Source of the DNA: Callorhinchus milii
Lineage: Eukaryota
Assembly (NCBI RefSeq): GCF_018977255.1
Contig: NW_024704742.1
Coordinates: 102,548,001-102,612,000, forward strand
Length of the DNA stretch: 64,000 bases
Direction: 5' to 3'
Below the pieces are notes generated by a model that saw nothing but the letters and a program-made list of their open reading frames with translations, was not told the DNA's origin and did no database searches. Positions 13,191 to 25,983 of this stretch are shown here, piece after piece. Made by a program: the position numbers and the translations under genes. Numbering within the stretch: the stretch's first letter is position 1; each line of letters starts with the position of its first letter.

Positions 13191-15084
13191 GTCATTATGG
13201 ATTTCCAAATCTCCTAAACATTGATGGCATACTGTGAGCAGACCAAGAAAGGCACCCCTGCCCCTTTTCTTTCCAGTTAGTGCAGCGCTTACCATCTGGG
13301 ACATCTCTGTGTTTGTCTTGTGTGACCTTAAAGCAAACATTAACAGACGAGAGCTTTTTATACATCGGGGCCACTTCTGAAAGCAAACGGTTTGGGTAGC
13401 CTGCTCCACTCACTGACTAATGTTGTGGTTTGAAATTGGATCAGCCACAATACTTGTCCTGGTGCCAGAGAAATAAATTAAGTTATTCAGTAGTTTTATT
13501 ACAGCTTCATTCGCAGCACCTTGGCACAACTACACCCCCCGCCCCACCCGCACTTGTCTTCAATGAGCTCATTGATGAACTTTGATCAGGAGGGAAGATC
13601 CAGAGTCCTCATTTTAAAATAAGTTTCCATCTCAGTGGCTTGCGTGCTCGCTCGCTCGCAGGCTAGGAACAAGCAAGCTTATGATCTTTGTGTCTTCAGG
13701 ACTGAAAGGTGAAGGGAGAATTTACAGCGAGGATGGAACTGGTTTAAGCTGCTAACTGCTACTGGTGCTTACTTACTGTGCTCTTTAGAGGCCTGCGTGT
13801 TATTCTGGTGATGGTTTGAGGGGCACATTTCTAACCAGCGAATCTTCAATACTGCATTCAAAAGCAGTTAAGGTATTGCTTTAGCTGTTAACTGAATGGA
13901 ATTTGTGAGGCTATTTATTGGAGTGAGGCCAAAAGAAAGCAGTCCTCTTTGTTTTACTTTGCTTGGCCAAGCTAGTAGGCAGAGCTAGCACCTCAGCAAC
14001 TGTTCTACCGCTTCAGTATTGAGAACTTTTGGGTTAATTCCCTGTTGACACGCTCTTCCCAATTCTTACTGTTGTAATCATGATTCATTACAACAGTAAG
14101 AATTGGGAGGTGATGGTGGAGGGTGAAGAGTTTAGGCAGCAACGCTAAGCACAGTTGGCACACTGCATTTACTCACCACTTTGAGACCAGCCAGAGAGAT
14201 CTGACAGTTTTCAAAGGATATTTAGGGGTTTGAAAACCTATTCACAGTTTCCTTATTTTTGCAAAAAAACTTTTTTTTCAGCTTATGGCAGTCCGTTCCT
14301 CCAACCTTGTAATTTGTTGTTAATTTGTTGTTATTGAGCTGTCATTCCTTTCCATTGGAACATCACTTGGTGTCATTCGAGAGCTGACTTTTGCTTCAGT
14401 AAGCAATTGTCATTGTTCTGAAAACTGGATTTCATATGATCGGACCAGTCTGCTATACAGCAGGTCACACAGAAGCAACTGAATCAAGCTGAGCTCCCTC
14501 AGCTTGTTTGACAAAACCATCTGGTTCGCCTTGTTTCAGCATGCATTTGTTTCCTTCTACTAGCCTCAACCAAACAGTGCAACCACCACAGTGCCAGCTC
14601 TAAACCCTCTTCACTTGATGCTTTTCCTGCAATGCCTCGCAGGCAGATCAGACCATTTTTGTGCGCTCTTATGTACATAACACATTCATTTCAATGGTGA
14701 GATGTAATCCCTTTGGAAGAACTTGCATAAATTATTTCAGAGGATGCTGAGGACTTGCAAGTAGGCTGTTTAATGAAAGAAAGCAGCTGGTGGAAATTGA
14801 CTTATTTGGAGACTTAATTTGAAAAACCTTACGAAGTTTCCAAGTTAAATTAATTGGAGTATAAATGATTGTAGTCTAAATGAATAATCCTGTGATAACC
14901 GATCTGCTTAGTTCAGAAGTCTCCATTTTTAACCAAAAATGTTGCTTAGTTTTGTACTTTTGCTTGGATATATAGGCTTGTCCAGGAGATCAACGTCTTC
15001 TGGGTAGCAGACACCCTTTGGCAGGATGAACCAATCTCTGGTTCAGTCCTTCAGCTGCCATTCTGGCCAACAACTGCTAACACT

Positions 15085-15406
15085 TAATAATAATAATAAT
15101 CCTTGCATTGTGATATATAGCGCTTTTCACGTCGGGAGGACGTCCCAAAGCGCTTCACAGAATATACTGTAAAGTGAATTGACTGTATATTTGTGGGCGA
15201 ACGCGGCAGCCAATTGCGCACAGCAATGTCCCACAAACAGTCGTAGATTGAAAATGACCAATTTATTATTGTTTTGGGTTTTTTGGAGGGATTATTATTA
15301 GGCGTGTGGAGTAAGGAAACTTGCCCAAGGTTTCGCCCTGCCTGGAATTGAACTCAGGTCTCTCGCTTGCAAAGCGAGTGCTCTAACCACTGAGCTACAG
15401 GACTCC
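15085..15406 (-). mobile_element. Full-length tRNA-derived SINE (Deu-like body, L2-type tail), young subfamily
   Basis: Minus strand GGAGTCCTGTAGCTCAGTGGTTAGAGC (A box)...GAGTTCAATTCC (B box), body TGTGCGCAATTGGCTGCCGCG, tail GCGCTATAT...TGCAAGG(ATT)n; near-identical to 22117-22435; CACTTA at both flanks. Confidence 0.92.
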
Positions 15407-15678
15407 ACTTATCCCAAATAGCAGGCAGATTGGAGTGACAAGCAAGCACACATGAGGGATTGACTCCCTCAGCCATCTAGTTGGGATAAGAACACTTTGC
15501 TGCCAACTCTAATGGTTCGCTTGTAACTTAATGTATTTTTTCTGTAAAGTGCACATTCAGGGCTCAGTGCCCATCTAGGCCACGATGCTGAGTTCCTTGG
15601 TTCCCTTTCAAATTAATAAATTTTGCGTTCATCAGAGCAAGGCAAATTTTGAGAGAAATGTGTAAAGCTTATATCGAG

Positions 15679-16157
15679 GCATGTGTCTTAGTGGTTAGAG
15701 CACTCGCCTCACAAGCGAGAGGACCTAGGTTTGATTCCCAGACGAAACGTTTAGCAAGTTTCCATACTCCATATCTCTTTGTTCATCTAGCAGTAAGTAA
15801 GAACCGGTTGGCGGATTGCTTTTCCGGGGGTAATACTCTCTCCAAAAATAATAATAATTTGGTCACTCAATAATAATAATAATAATCCTTCCATTTGCCA
15901 TAGCGCCTCATCACATCTTTGAGACGTCTCAAAACGCTTCACAGAATATACTGTAAAGTGAATTGACTGTATATTTTGGGCGAAACGCGGCAGCCAATTG
16001 CGAACAGCTGTTTGTGGGACACTACTGTGCACAATTGTTTGCTGCATTTCGCCCACAAAATGTACAGTCAATTCATTTTACAGTATATTCTGTGAAGCGT
16101 TTTGAGACGTCTCAAAGATGTGATAGGCACTATATCAAATGCAAGGTTTATTATTAT
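15679..16157 (+). mobile_element. Related SINE copy with an internal inverted copy of its own 3' portion (15871-16007)
   Basis: tRNA-like head tagtggttagagcactcgcctcacaagcgaga...ggtttgattccc; body interrupted by an antisense tail; sense tail ends (ATT)n at 16157. Confidence 0.88.
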
Positions 16158-16469
16158 CGCAGTCTCTTAATCGTTGGTTGTTCCTCTCACAGACCACCGT
16201 ATTTTCTGAGCTATGTCAGACATGTTTCATTGTCACAATGACTGTTGGCTGTAGATTTTAACACTGATCTGTTATAAGTGGATGTTGGTTTCTTGCATAC
16301 CGGTGTTATTTGCTTGCTTTATCTTTGCTCTAACCCATCTCCCTTGAATTCTTGCATTACCTCTGTTGAAGACATTTGAACATTTTTTTAAACAATATAA
16401 TTTAAATTTATCTTTCTCCCTAACCTTCAGGTCACTGAGCTTTGGTTACCTTATGTTACCTTGCACCAT

Positions 16470-16770
16470 GGTCATCATAAATTTGTAACCCCAAGCATGA
16501 AGGTTAGCAAACCCATTCAGTTGTGGATGTGTTTCAGAGATGAGCCTAACCTTGCCCAATGTCCATGTATGCACACTTCCAGCAAGGATCACTGGTTAGT
16601 GGTCAGCAGCAAGAAATCTGATTTGAGTTTTCTCCCTAACGTGGGGCACTGAGGTCAATTGTAGCCTCCCTATCTGTCTGTACCCCAGCTAAGATCATAG
16701 CTTGGCACAGACTGAGGATTTTCACAGTCTTATATGGCTTAACTACTCAATGAATAATACCACTGTTATT
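16470..16770 (-). mobile_element. Family B ancient SINE-like copy
   Basis: cacacttccagcaaggatcactggttagtggtcagcagcaagaa...cactgaggtcaattgtagc...ccccagctaagatcatagcttggcacagac is the reverse complement of the family motifs. Confidence 0.6.
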
Positions 16771-17025
16771 TGAGCTGAAAAGTAAATACAAAGCTTCCAT
16801 AATTTCCGAAATAGGTTTTTTAGTTTTAAAATATATTATAAAAATATTTAATGAAGCTGGAAAATAAGTTGTATTCTTAGATAGATAGGAAGGTAATAAC
16901 TATTTATGCTAATCTTAAGCAGCAGTTAGTTAACATTAAAACAATCTTACTTATGAGAATCTGACACTCAACACTATTATTGCCATGTGGAATTCTGATA
17001 AAACACTGACATAGAAAGCTCATCT

Positions 17026-17865
17026 ACAACAACAACAAGATGTATAGCGTCTTTTACGTCGGGAGGACGTCCCAAGGTGCTGGACAGTGTACAGCACTTC
17101 AGACCCGGGTTGTGGGGGGAAGGGAGGGGAAGGGGGGTGGCTGATGGCATGGTCGAAGAGGAGGGTCTTGAGGCGGGACTTGAAGGAGGCTAAGGAGGGG
17201 GCGAGGCGGAGTTACTGGGGAATGGAATTCCAGAGGTTCGGGGCAGAGTAGCTGAAGGCTCTCCTACCAATGGTGGGGCAGGTGGGTCGGGGGACGTGTA
17301 GCAGGCCAGAGCCAGCTGAGCGGAGGGAGCGGGCTGGTTGTTAGGAGGTTAGGAGGTCACAGAGGTAGAGTGGGGCGAGACCATGGAGGGCTTTGTGGGT
17401 GAGGACCAGGATCTTGAACTGGATCCTCTGAAGGATAGGGAGCCAGTGGAGTCGGACGAGAGTGGGGGAGATGGGCTCACGGAATTTGGTGCGGGAGAGG
17501 ACACGGGCTGCAGAGTTCTGGATTATCTGCAGCCTGTGGAGGGAGGAGTTGGAAAGGCCGACAAGCAGGGCATTTGCATAGTAGAGCCTGGAGGTGATAA
17601 AGGCACGAACAAGAGTTTCATCGGCCTGAGGGGTGAGGTAGTGGCAGAGTCGGTCGATGTTATGGAGGTGAGGGAAGGCAGAGTGGGTCATGGCTTGAAT
17701 GTGGGGAAGAAAAGACAGTTGAAGGTCGAACAAGACACCTAGGTTCCTGACTGGCTGGTGAGTTGTAGTGTGCAACCGTGGAGGTTGATGCTGCCAGAGC
17801 CTGAGGTGCTGAGGCGCCAGCACGAGCCAAACAGGTGGGCTTCAGTCTTGTTCACATTCAACTGT
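17026..17865 (-). mobile_element. 5'-truncated L2 (CR1/L2 clade) LINE: RT C-terminus, 3'UTR and (TTG)n tail; frameshifted
   Basis: Minus translation LQLNVNKTE...VRNLGVLFD...AFITSRLYYANALLVGL...LQIIQNSAARVL...LHWLPILQRIQFKILVLTHKALHGLAPLYLCDLL is typical of L2 ORF2; has stops and frameshifts; GC-rich versus flanks. Confidence 0.93.
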
Positions 17866-18273
17866 ATATTTTACATTCATCTATAGGTTTATGGAGACTG
17901 CTTTATAAAATAAAATTGATTAAAATAAAATCACTTGATGGTTTAAAGTGAGTAAATGAATTACGCTTCGAGTGATAATTCTGCAATGTCAATGAATTTA
18001 CGGATTTTTTAAATTTTGTTTGAAACCCCATTAATTGCGCACACCCAGAGATCGGTGACGTTACTAGCAGTGAATAATGCTCATCTGCTGCCAGAGATTG
18101 GGAATGGCACCAACCAACCAGGAGAAAGTAGCCTTTGTCTAAAACTTGCTCATTTACTATGCATTACATAGTACTTGCAGGATGTGTGTGTGTTGGGGGT
18201 GAGGGGTTGCTAGACAGTGTGAAAAACTTGAAAATAATTGGAAAAATTCAGCTCAAACTGGATTCTACATTTT

Positions 18274-18381
18274 ATGTTTCGCCCATAAAATACAAGTCAA
18301 TCCACTTTACAATACATTCTGTGAAGCACTTTGAGGCATCTGAATGATGTGATAAGCGCTATATCAAACGCAATATTATTT
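18274..18381 (+). mobile_element. SINE tail fragment
   Basis: gtttcgcccataaaatacaagtcaatccactttacaatacattctgtgaagcactttgag...gctatatcaaacgcaatattatt. Confidence 0.78.
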
Positions 18382-18929
18382 TTCGCATTTTGTCTTCACT
18401 GTGGGAAAGGCTTTGGAATTCTATGCTTGTATCAGATATCTCGCAAGCCTTTAGTTTTCCTTTTTTGTTGTTGCATTGTCAATGTCTGGAGATAATAGAG
18501 GCTGCATTGAGTCCGTGCGCAGGTTCGAAGATCAGATAAAAAATCTAGAGTTCCATCGGTTGTTTTACTCCACTTCTCAGTGTAGCAGAAAACAGGTCGT
18601 TGGCAATTATGTTAATGAAGTGCACACAGTCCAGAAATGCCATGTTTCAGTAATGAGGACATAATGTCTGCACTGTTTCCTACTGGCTGCCTGGACTCTT
18701 ATTATGGGATGTACAGTGATGTGTGCAAGGCTAACCCTGATTTGGTCTGAAAAGCAGAGCTTTGTAGGATGCACAAAATGCCATGGATAGGGACCATGCC
18801 AGAATCCAGACAGCCTTACGATCAAGTTAGCATTGTTCAGAGGTTAGTCTCAGCTTTGTGTGCTCATCGCATAACGAGTAAAGGATGCTATTTCAGTTGT
18901 TCAGCTTTTATACAGTGTAACGTATCCAC

Positions 18930-19118
18930 AATAACTAATAATGCCCCCCCAAATATTTTTGATCACTCAATCCAAGACTGTCTGTGAGACACTACTGGCT
19001 CAATCAGCTGCTGTGTTTCGCTCACAAAATATGATCACAATATATTATGCAAAGCACTTTGAGACGTCTCAACGACGTGATAAGGTGATATATTAAATGC
19101 AAGGATTATTATTATTAT
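18930..19118 (+). mobile_element. SINE body/tail fragment
   Basis: gatcactcaatccaagactgtctgtgagacact...aagcactttgagacgtctcaacgacgtgataagg...tgcaaggattattattatt. Confidence 0.8.
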
Positions 19119-22116
19119 AACTCCTCACATACACTGTCTTATGTCCCCATTTGAAGATGAAGAGTTAAAGACCTTTTTAAGAAAACTGTACTCTTCTGCT
19201 TAAGCACAGTACAGCACAGTTAAGAACTTTATAAATCCATTGCGTTGCCTTCCTAGGTTAAATCATTGTTTATGCTATTTGACTGAACCACATGAGGATT
19301 AATAGCTTTTAGTTTGTATTGGATCAGTGATGTTCTCGTAGTTAGTACTCAAATCTCTTATAAATGAAATGAAAAATTCCACAATGGGCTTGTTTCCTGT
19401 GTACTTGATAATTTATCAAAGAAGTGTTGTCTTCATGAACAAAGTGCTTCAGCAAATTGTATTTTGTCTATGTACAAGCAGAAAACACTCAGTTTTAAGT
19501 AGAATTGAAATGCATCAACCGTGTCTGACAACCTCACTTAAAAATGATTGATGGCTCTTCGGGTCTTCCTAAACAGAAAAAAGGATTGCCAAACAGTTTT
19601 TTTTATGAACCCATGTGCTCTTGCTCCTTCTCTCATTTTCTCTTTCTCTCAAAGGCACTTCACCCCTTTCCCCTCTCCTTTGATTTCTACTGGTCCCAAT
19701 AAACCTCTCATACCTTGCTCTCATACTCATTGTTGGTATGGGCTCCTCGAATTTGAGTGTCAGAAGATGATTCAGCCATGAAGTGTATCCTAGCAAAACC
19801 CAATCCCCTCATGTAAACAATGTCCACTCCACACATGTGCACCTCCAGCAGGGACTGCTGCATAGCGATCAGGAGCTGTGATACAAATGGAAATTGAACC
19901 CAGGATCTTCCCAGTCTCTGGTTTAGCTAGTTAGTGGATAAACTATCGAGCCAGCTATATCCTTTAAATATGATGTCCTCACCAGTTGCCTGTACATGTG
20001 CACTTGTAGCACACTGAATAAGGACTATTACTAAGTAAGAACAAGACTGTGTAGTGGTGCGTGTATTTATATTGAGTACTTTGTGTACATTTCGTTGGCT
20101 GTGAAGTAGACATCAAATAAAAATACATAGAAAGGTAAGCAGCTAAAAGGAACTGTTTATTCTGTCTGTGGGAAAAAGCGCTATACAAATGTAATTTGTT
20201 GGTGTTTTTGTTGCTCGTCTCAATAGTTAAGAGCATTATTTGCCTTTGACTGGGAGATTCCAGCTTGAATCCTGATCTTGATTTTGGATTGAATTCTTAT
20301 GTTTTTTATAGGAAATAATATCTTGGGATACAGTATGTAGTCTGCATGAGCATGCGACTGCCAGGGTGGTGGGAGGCAAACTGGGTGGACCTCGGTCTTC
20401 TTTCGTCCAGCAATTCTTATATTCTATGCTTTGCACTGAGGGCTGGGCTGAAGTTTTGTGTGAAATAGAGGGAGTCGGGTTCTGATGTGAAAGGAGATGA
20501 GTTCCCTTCCTGTCAGACTCTGCTATTGTTCAGCTCTCAAAGAGGCTATCCCGCATGAAGGGAGTTGTATAAATGCAAGTTGTTGTTCCTAATTTACTCA
20601 AATATGTGAACCAAGTTCGCACGACTGAACAGGTCCACGGGCAGGAATGCCTCAGCATTTGGCAGCGAAACATTAGAAAGGGAAATTATGGTGTGAGCAC
20701 AAAACCCCTACATTTTCTTTGTTATTTTGCAGCGATAGCAGAGAACAGAGAAGAAAAATGATACAATTAAGCAGGAAGACACTAAGATTGATACAGCAGA
20801 AAAAATCTTGATGCTTAATTTTGCGGTGCTCATCTGTGTTCTACCTCAGGCTGCATTTGAACAGGTGTCCTGGAAGATTCCCAGGGGACCATTTGCAGCA
20901 ATGGTTACAAACAGAATTGATTAGCTCTGTGAGGGTATTCTAGTGCAGCAGGACGGATATATCACAGTGCAATCTAATGGTCTCTGCAGTACAGGTTCTT
21001 TCCTATTTAGGGGTAGTTATTAACAGTGCTGTGTAGGTCAAGAGAGGGGTTGGTTCAATTTAAACATTCATTTGTGCTTCAAAGTTTTGCTAACCCCTAG
21101 AGCAGTGCTGGTCTATCCAATGCTGTTGATGTATGTGACCCTCATTGCTCTACCTTATCACTTGTGGAAAACAAACTCTCTTAGGTGACATATATATATT
21201 AAAGAGGGAATGCTCTCCTGAGCCTTAATCTTTATAAATCAAAACCATCAAGAGATCTATGTCTTGAAATATTCACTGGTTTTCATTCGTCAAAGATCAA
21301 ATCTTGTAATTGTTGAAGATAATGGAAGATTGTTTCAGGACAGCTGTCGTGTCTTACTCAGTTTCAAATGCTTTAAACTTTTTTGAAAAGCTTGAGATAA
21401 GAACTAGCAGCATATAAAGCCCAATCCATTCCAAGAAATGCTGACAAGAGGGAATCATGTCTGCTTAATATGGATCTCATGTGGGTTATGAACTCGGTGT
21501 GACTTTAATGTTTTGGATTTTTGCTGTCTTTAGTGACATGCTGCCTAATTGGTTTACATTCACAAGAGCTCACAAAAGATTGAGATGAAACAGGTCATTC
21601 GACCAATTTGATCTCATTCTTCCATTCCAGAAAAGGTTTAAATCAGTATACGTGTGAAGTTCTATATTGGTATGAATCCGAAATCCTTTTTCCAGTGTCC
21701 AGTGTAAATATTCAGGATTAACCTATCAAAACTGAAACTTATGTATATATTGACCTCTCTGACCCAGACTGCACCACATTTAACTTCAGTTTTACCTCTG
21801 TGTAAAACTTGTGGTTCAAAGCTTGCCCTATATTAATATAACAAATTACTCTATACAGCAATGTCATGCACTATTGTAAATGTCACATTGCTAGACTGTG
21901 GAAGGGTGGATTTGGGTGGTAGAGAGCGGGTTTCACTCTATGGGAAGCCTAGCTGAGTGAGGTTAACCGGAACAGTTCAGACATTTTGCTTGATTCCCAA
22001 AGTAGCTTTAAAATAAAGCAACTATGGGACTGGTATAAACAAGGTTAAGCCTATCCAGTATGAACAAAGATTGTTCTAAAAGTCTCAGTAACTGCATCTA
22101 TCATGAAGGACTTCCC

Positions 22117-22435
22117 AATAATAATAATAATCCTTGCATTTGATATAGTACTTTTCACGTCGGGAGGACGTCCCAAAGCGCTTCACAGAACACACTGTAA
22201 AGTGAATTAACTGTATATTTGTGGACGAACGCGGCAGCCAATTGCGCACAGCAATGTCCCACAAACAGTCGTGGATTGAAAATGACCAATTTATTATTGT
22301 TTTTGGTTTTTTTGGAGGGATTATTATTAGGCGTGTGGAGTAAGGAAACTTGCCCAAGATTTCGCCCTGCCTGGAATTCAACTCAGATCTCTCGCTTGCA
22401 AAGCGAGTGCTCTAACCACTGAGCTACAGGACTCC
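22117..22435 (-). mobile_element. Full-length tRNA-derived SINE, young subfamily
   Basis: Same head, body and tail as 15085-15406 with only scattered substitutions. Confidence 0.92.
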
Positions 22436-22437
22436 TA

Positions 22438-22760
22438 AATGGCTCAGTGTGTGAATGGACAGCTTGATGTGAGGTACTGAGCTGTCCAGATTAGGAAGGT
22501 TTGATTCCTGTTCTCTAGCGAATTAGATCGTCTCAACCAGGACAGCAGTAGAGGCTTTAATGCCGTGAGGTTAGCATGGGACTGTCAGTCAAGGTTGCTG
22601 CTCCCTATCGCTATTCTTTGATCTTGACTGGAGAGTAGATATTGGGTCAGTTCCAGGATCGAGTCAGGTTGTGATGCGGCAACAGTCTAATAGTCTGGAC
22701 AGCTAGCCATGCAGCTCGCTGTGCAGGTTGACTTGCGCACCTACGTCAGGTCATTGAGTT
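22438..22760 (+). mobile_element. Ancient SINE-like interspersed family ('family B'), representative copy
   Basis: Degenerate tRNA-like head (ggctcagtg...ggaaggtttgattcc) and shared motifs (gagttagctgatctcag; ctcctgatcgctatccagtga..cctgctgga; consensus by eye) recurring at ~4080, 6430, 16470, 19720, 24780, 27330, 37915, 38330, 39300, 45345, 46170, 51320, 57860. Confidence 0.6.
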
Positions 22761-25700
22761 CCACTGACCCATGTACTCCTATAACGATGAGTCAGAAGAG
22801 GAGGGGAGAAAATTGCGGTCACGGAGGAAAAAAACTATCACTAGAATCAAAACACATTAGTGTCTGGGGTATACTATTCAATCACAACAAGCTGTTCTCT
22901 TCTTTTTAAACATCTTTTTCATACTTATTCATTAAGTGGAATAACCTTTAAATTTCTTCATAAGGCAGTGGAATTTTAATTGTTTGGATAAGTGTAATGC
23001 TGAGCAGAAAAGGCTAGGCTCTGACCTCCAGCTTCATTGCGTAACTTCTCTGTGATGTCTCCTTGAGTCATGATCCAGCCCTTTACCCTTCATTAGCTTT
23101 ATCTACTCTTCCGCCAACGATGGGCACTTAATCATCTCCCAGAGATTTATATTTTATCCTTTGCAGACTGCTGACCATATTTCACCTCTTCTAACATTAA
23201 ACGCTGCTTCTGTCACCTGGGTGTGCAAAGACAGAATTTACTACAAAAATAGCAGCTTTTCCTTCAACGTAGAGTGTGACACTTGTTGCTGAGATGGACT
23301 GAAAAGGGTGAGATATCAAAAATAACCAAGAAAGAGGAAGTGCTCAGTAAACTGTGGATATACTAGAGAAGAACAGAGGCATGTGAGCATAGTGGGTAGG
23401 TAGTGATAATCTGTTCCAAAATACGTGGTTGTGACTGTGATTGATATTATAATGTCACTGTTTTCTTCAACTGCCTGGGGGAATACTTGGCTTGGAGGGT
23501 GAAGATAGGAGGTTGGTAGTAATATCCCATTAACAATATAATATGATTATGATTGACATTGTAATGTCAGTGTCATTTTGATGCTCATCACTTGAAAAGG
23601 TATTCGGTATCTGAGGGAATGCGATGTGAAGCTATTCCTACTGTTAAATAGTTTAGTGGAATGAAGTATAGAATGTACAAAACTTACAATCTTTAAAAAA
23701 ANCTTGGGAAAGTAAGATAGAATACATTGTGATTAATATTTGGAGATACTGTACGTGCTATTGTTTTCTCATGCCTACTGCATCGATGAAAGAATTTTAG
23801 ATTAGGGACCAAGCAATGTTCCTTTGAGGAAAATTTATGTTAACATATGTCATTGTAATGAATGCTAGTGGTCTGTATTCTGGGCTCAGGATATTTTGTT
23901 GAACGGTAAAAGGTAAATTTATACAAGATTGAAGTAACCGTTTAGAAATGTAGTTTTCAGAGGGATGCTAATTCGATATATTTTGAGTTGTTTTCTTTCT
24001 GCTCAATTAGAATCAATTACAACTGTAATTGATTGGCATGATTATCAAAGTATTAAGTTATAATAGGTGATTAGTCTTTCATTCTTGCAATCCTCATTGA
24101 AAGGTGTTTTCAGATGAGTTGGACAGTCATTGTGTTAAAAATGCTTTATGAATTGTTATAGCAAGCAGATAAATATTATCAAAAACCCTCTTGTTGTAGT
24201 CAACACCCAAAATTCTCCCCCCCCTTTCTCCCTATTCAGTGATCTCCATTGTGTTTGAGACATTTATCCTTTGTACCCTTAGTGCTCTGTGAGTTGGTTG
24301 GTGCAGACTCTTATGGGTTGAATGGCTTCCTTCTGTGTTGTAAATTTCTATGAAAGTAGTGATGTAAATGCATATTACTGTTGGTTACATACAGATTGCA
24401 GTACAACAATAAGAAGTTGTTCTAAGGCTAAAAGTCTGGCAAATTATGTCATAAAAGCGCCACATTTATAGAACAAGCTTAATAATTGCAGCCCAATTTG
24501 ATCTTAGTTGTCAGTAAGTAATTCGTAAATTGTTAGCTGGCCTTGCAAAGCCTTGCCTCCTATTCAACATAAATATAATGCTGGAATATAAGAAATAAAA
24601 TTGTTTCAGGATAGCTCGGTCAGGAGAATGCCAAACTCTTAATCCAGGAATCAAGCCCCGTTGTTGATGAATGACCTAAGCACGAAGATGTGAACCCCTA
24701 TGATGGGCGCCATATAAATGCATCTTATTGTTATTGGTGTTTCTCTTCACACTGAATCATGCTGGGATACAGTTTTATGGATGCTAGCAAGTCTCCAGTA
24801 CCTTTGGCGCAATTCTTACACTGTGTGAGCCAGGCAGTGATGGTCAGCAGAATGTTCCACCACTGAGCCTTATTCTATTCTCACCTGATATTCACATATG
24901 CACTCAAACCTTTTAGAAGAGGGTCACTGAATAATAATGTGAAATGGGAACCCTGCCTGATTTCTTTCCCCCTCCCATCCCTTGACTTCTTCTGGGTTTC
25001 ACTTGCATCTGAGCTCTTGTTTATACAGCCCTGGAGTGGAGAGGATTATATGACCGGTAATGAGCTGTTCTTGACCACACTCCCTTAGATCCTAGCATTT
25101 CAGCAATAATTGTGTCAGCCCCGCTCCTGACCGACACATTGTGCAGTGACTGCCTTCATCTCACTGTCTGAGAGGTGAGTCTCTGTTGGCATCTGGACCG
25201 TGTAAATTCAGATAGGGGTTAGGATTTACACTTCATACGAAGATCCAAACTGGATCAATGGTGCATTTGTTGTGCTGTAATGATGTGCCATGCCACAAGA
25301 CCGAGAATGACCATTGCTGTTATGGGAAAATGAAAAATTAGAATGACGTCCTCCTGATGTGAAACACGCTATACAAATGTAATTTGTTGTTGTTAACTGA
25401 ATGCACAGGGCAACTAGATCCTGTGTTAACAATTGTGTCAGGGAGGTCGAAGACTCAGGCCTGTTTTCCTCTGTTCCCCTCTTCCTCATACAGCTGGCTT
25501 TGTTGCACTGCTAAGAAAGTAATCTGAAAACAACAGGGTATGTTCGAAAATAAATGAGCTAATAATTCTTCAGTTTATATCCTTTTAAAATGGGTGGGAA
25601 TGTTTAACGCAGACATCTTGAACATTTTCTCCAATATACTGTGTATCATAAGCTCAATAAAGTGGTTGAATGCTAGAAAGATTGATGGAAACAAATTGAT

Positions 25701-25883
25701 CTTTTTGAATTATAAATAAGAACTGCTAAGTGTGCATGATCAGAATATTAGTCACTGTTGAGAGTCTTGTACGTTTATTTTACATCTACAAATGGGCTGT
25801 GATGCTGACTTCTGTCTTGTTTTGCCTTTGTTTCTTCTGCAGGCTTAAGTGAAGAGAATAAATCACAAGCTAGCTGTGCTACT

Positions 25884-25983
25884 ATGAAGTCTGAAGCCTT
25901 GCTGCTATATGTGTCGCTACTACATTTCGCCGGGGCTGGTTTCCCCGAAGACTCTGAGCCTATCAGTATTGCACATGGCAACT
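25884..25983 (+). CDS. SEMA6A: SEMA6A coding exon 1 (signal peptide; exon starts 25843 with 41 nt of 5'UTR)
   Basis: Acceptor ttcttctgcag|25843; actATG; MKSEALLLYVSLLHFAGAGFPEDSEPISIAHGN; donor gtaagt; 100 coding nt. Confidence 0.96.

Noticed and set aside
17341-17823. 160-aa ORF as a functional reverse transcriptase gene
   Set aside because: Only the C-terminal part of L2 ORF2, 5'-truncated, with frameshifts and stops; a dead copy. The overlapping + strand ORF 17383-17742 is its antisense shadow.
284-25800. Many 60-130 aa ORFs upstream of the first coding exon (e.g. 284-643, 1949-2326, 8115-8501, 9857-10228, 13011-13409)
   Set aside because: No recognisable domains, many non-ATG starts, often spanning microsatellites or SINEs; expected by chance in intronic DNA.
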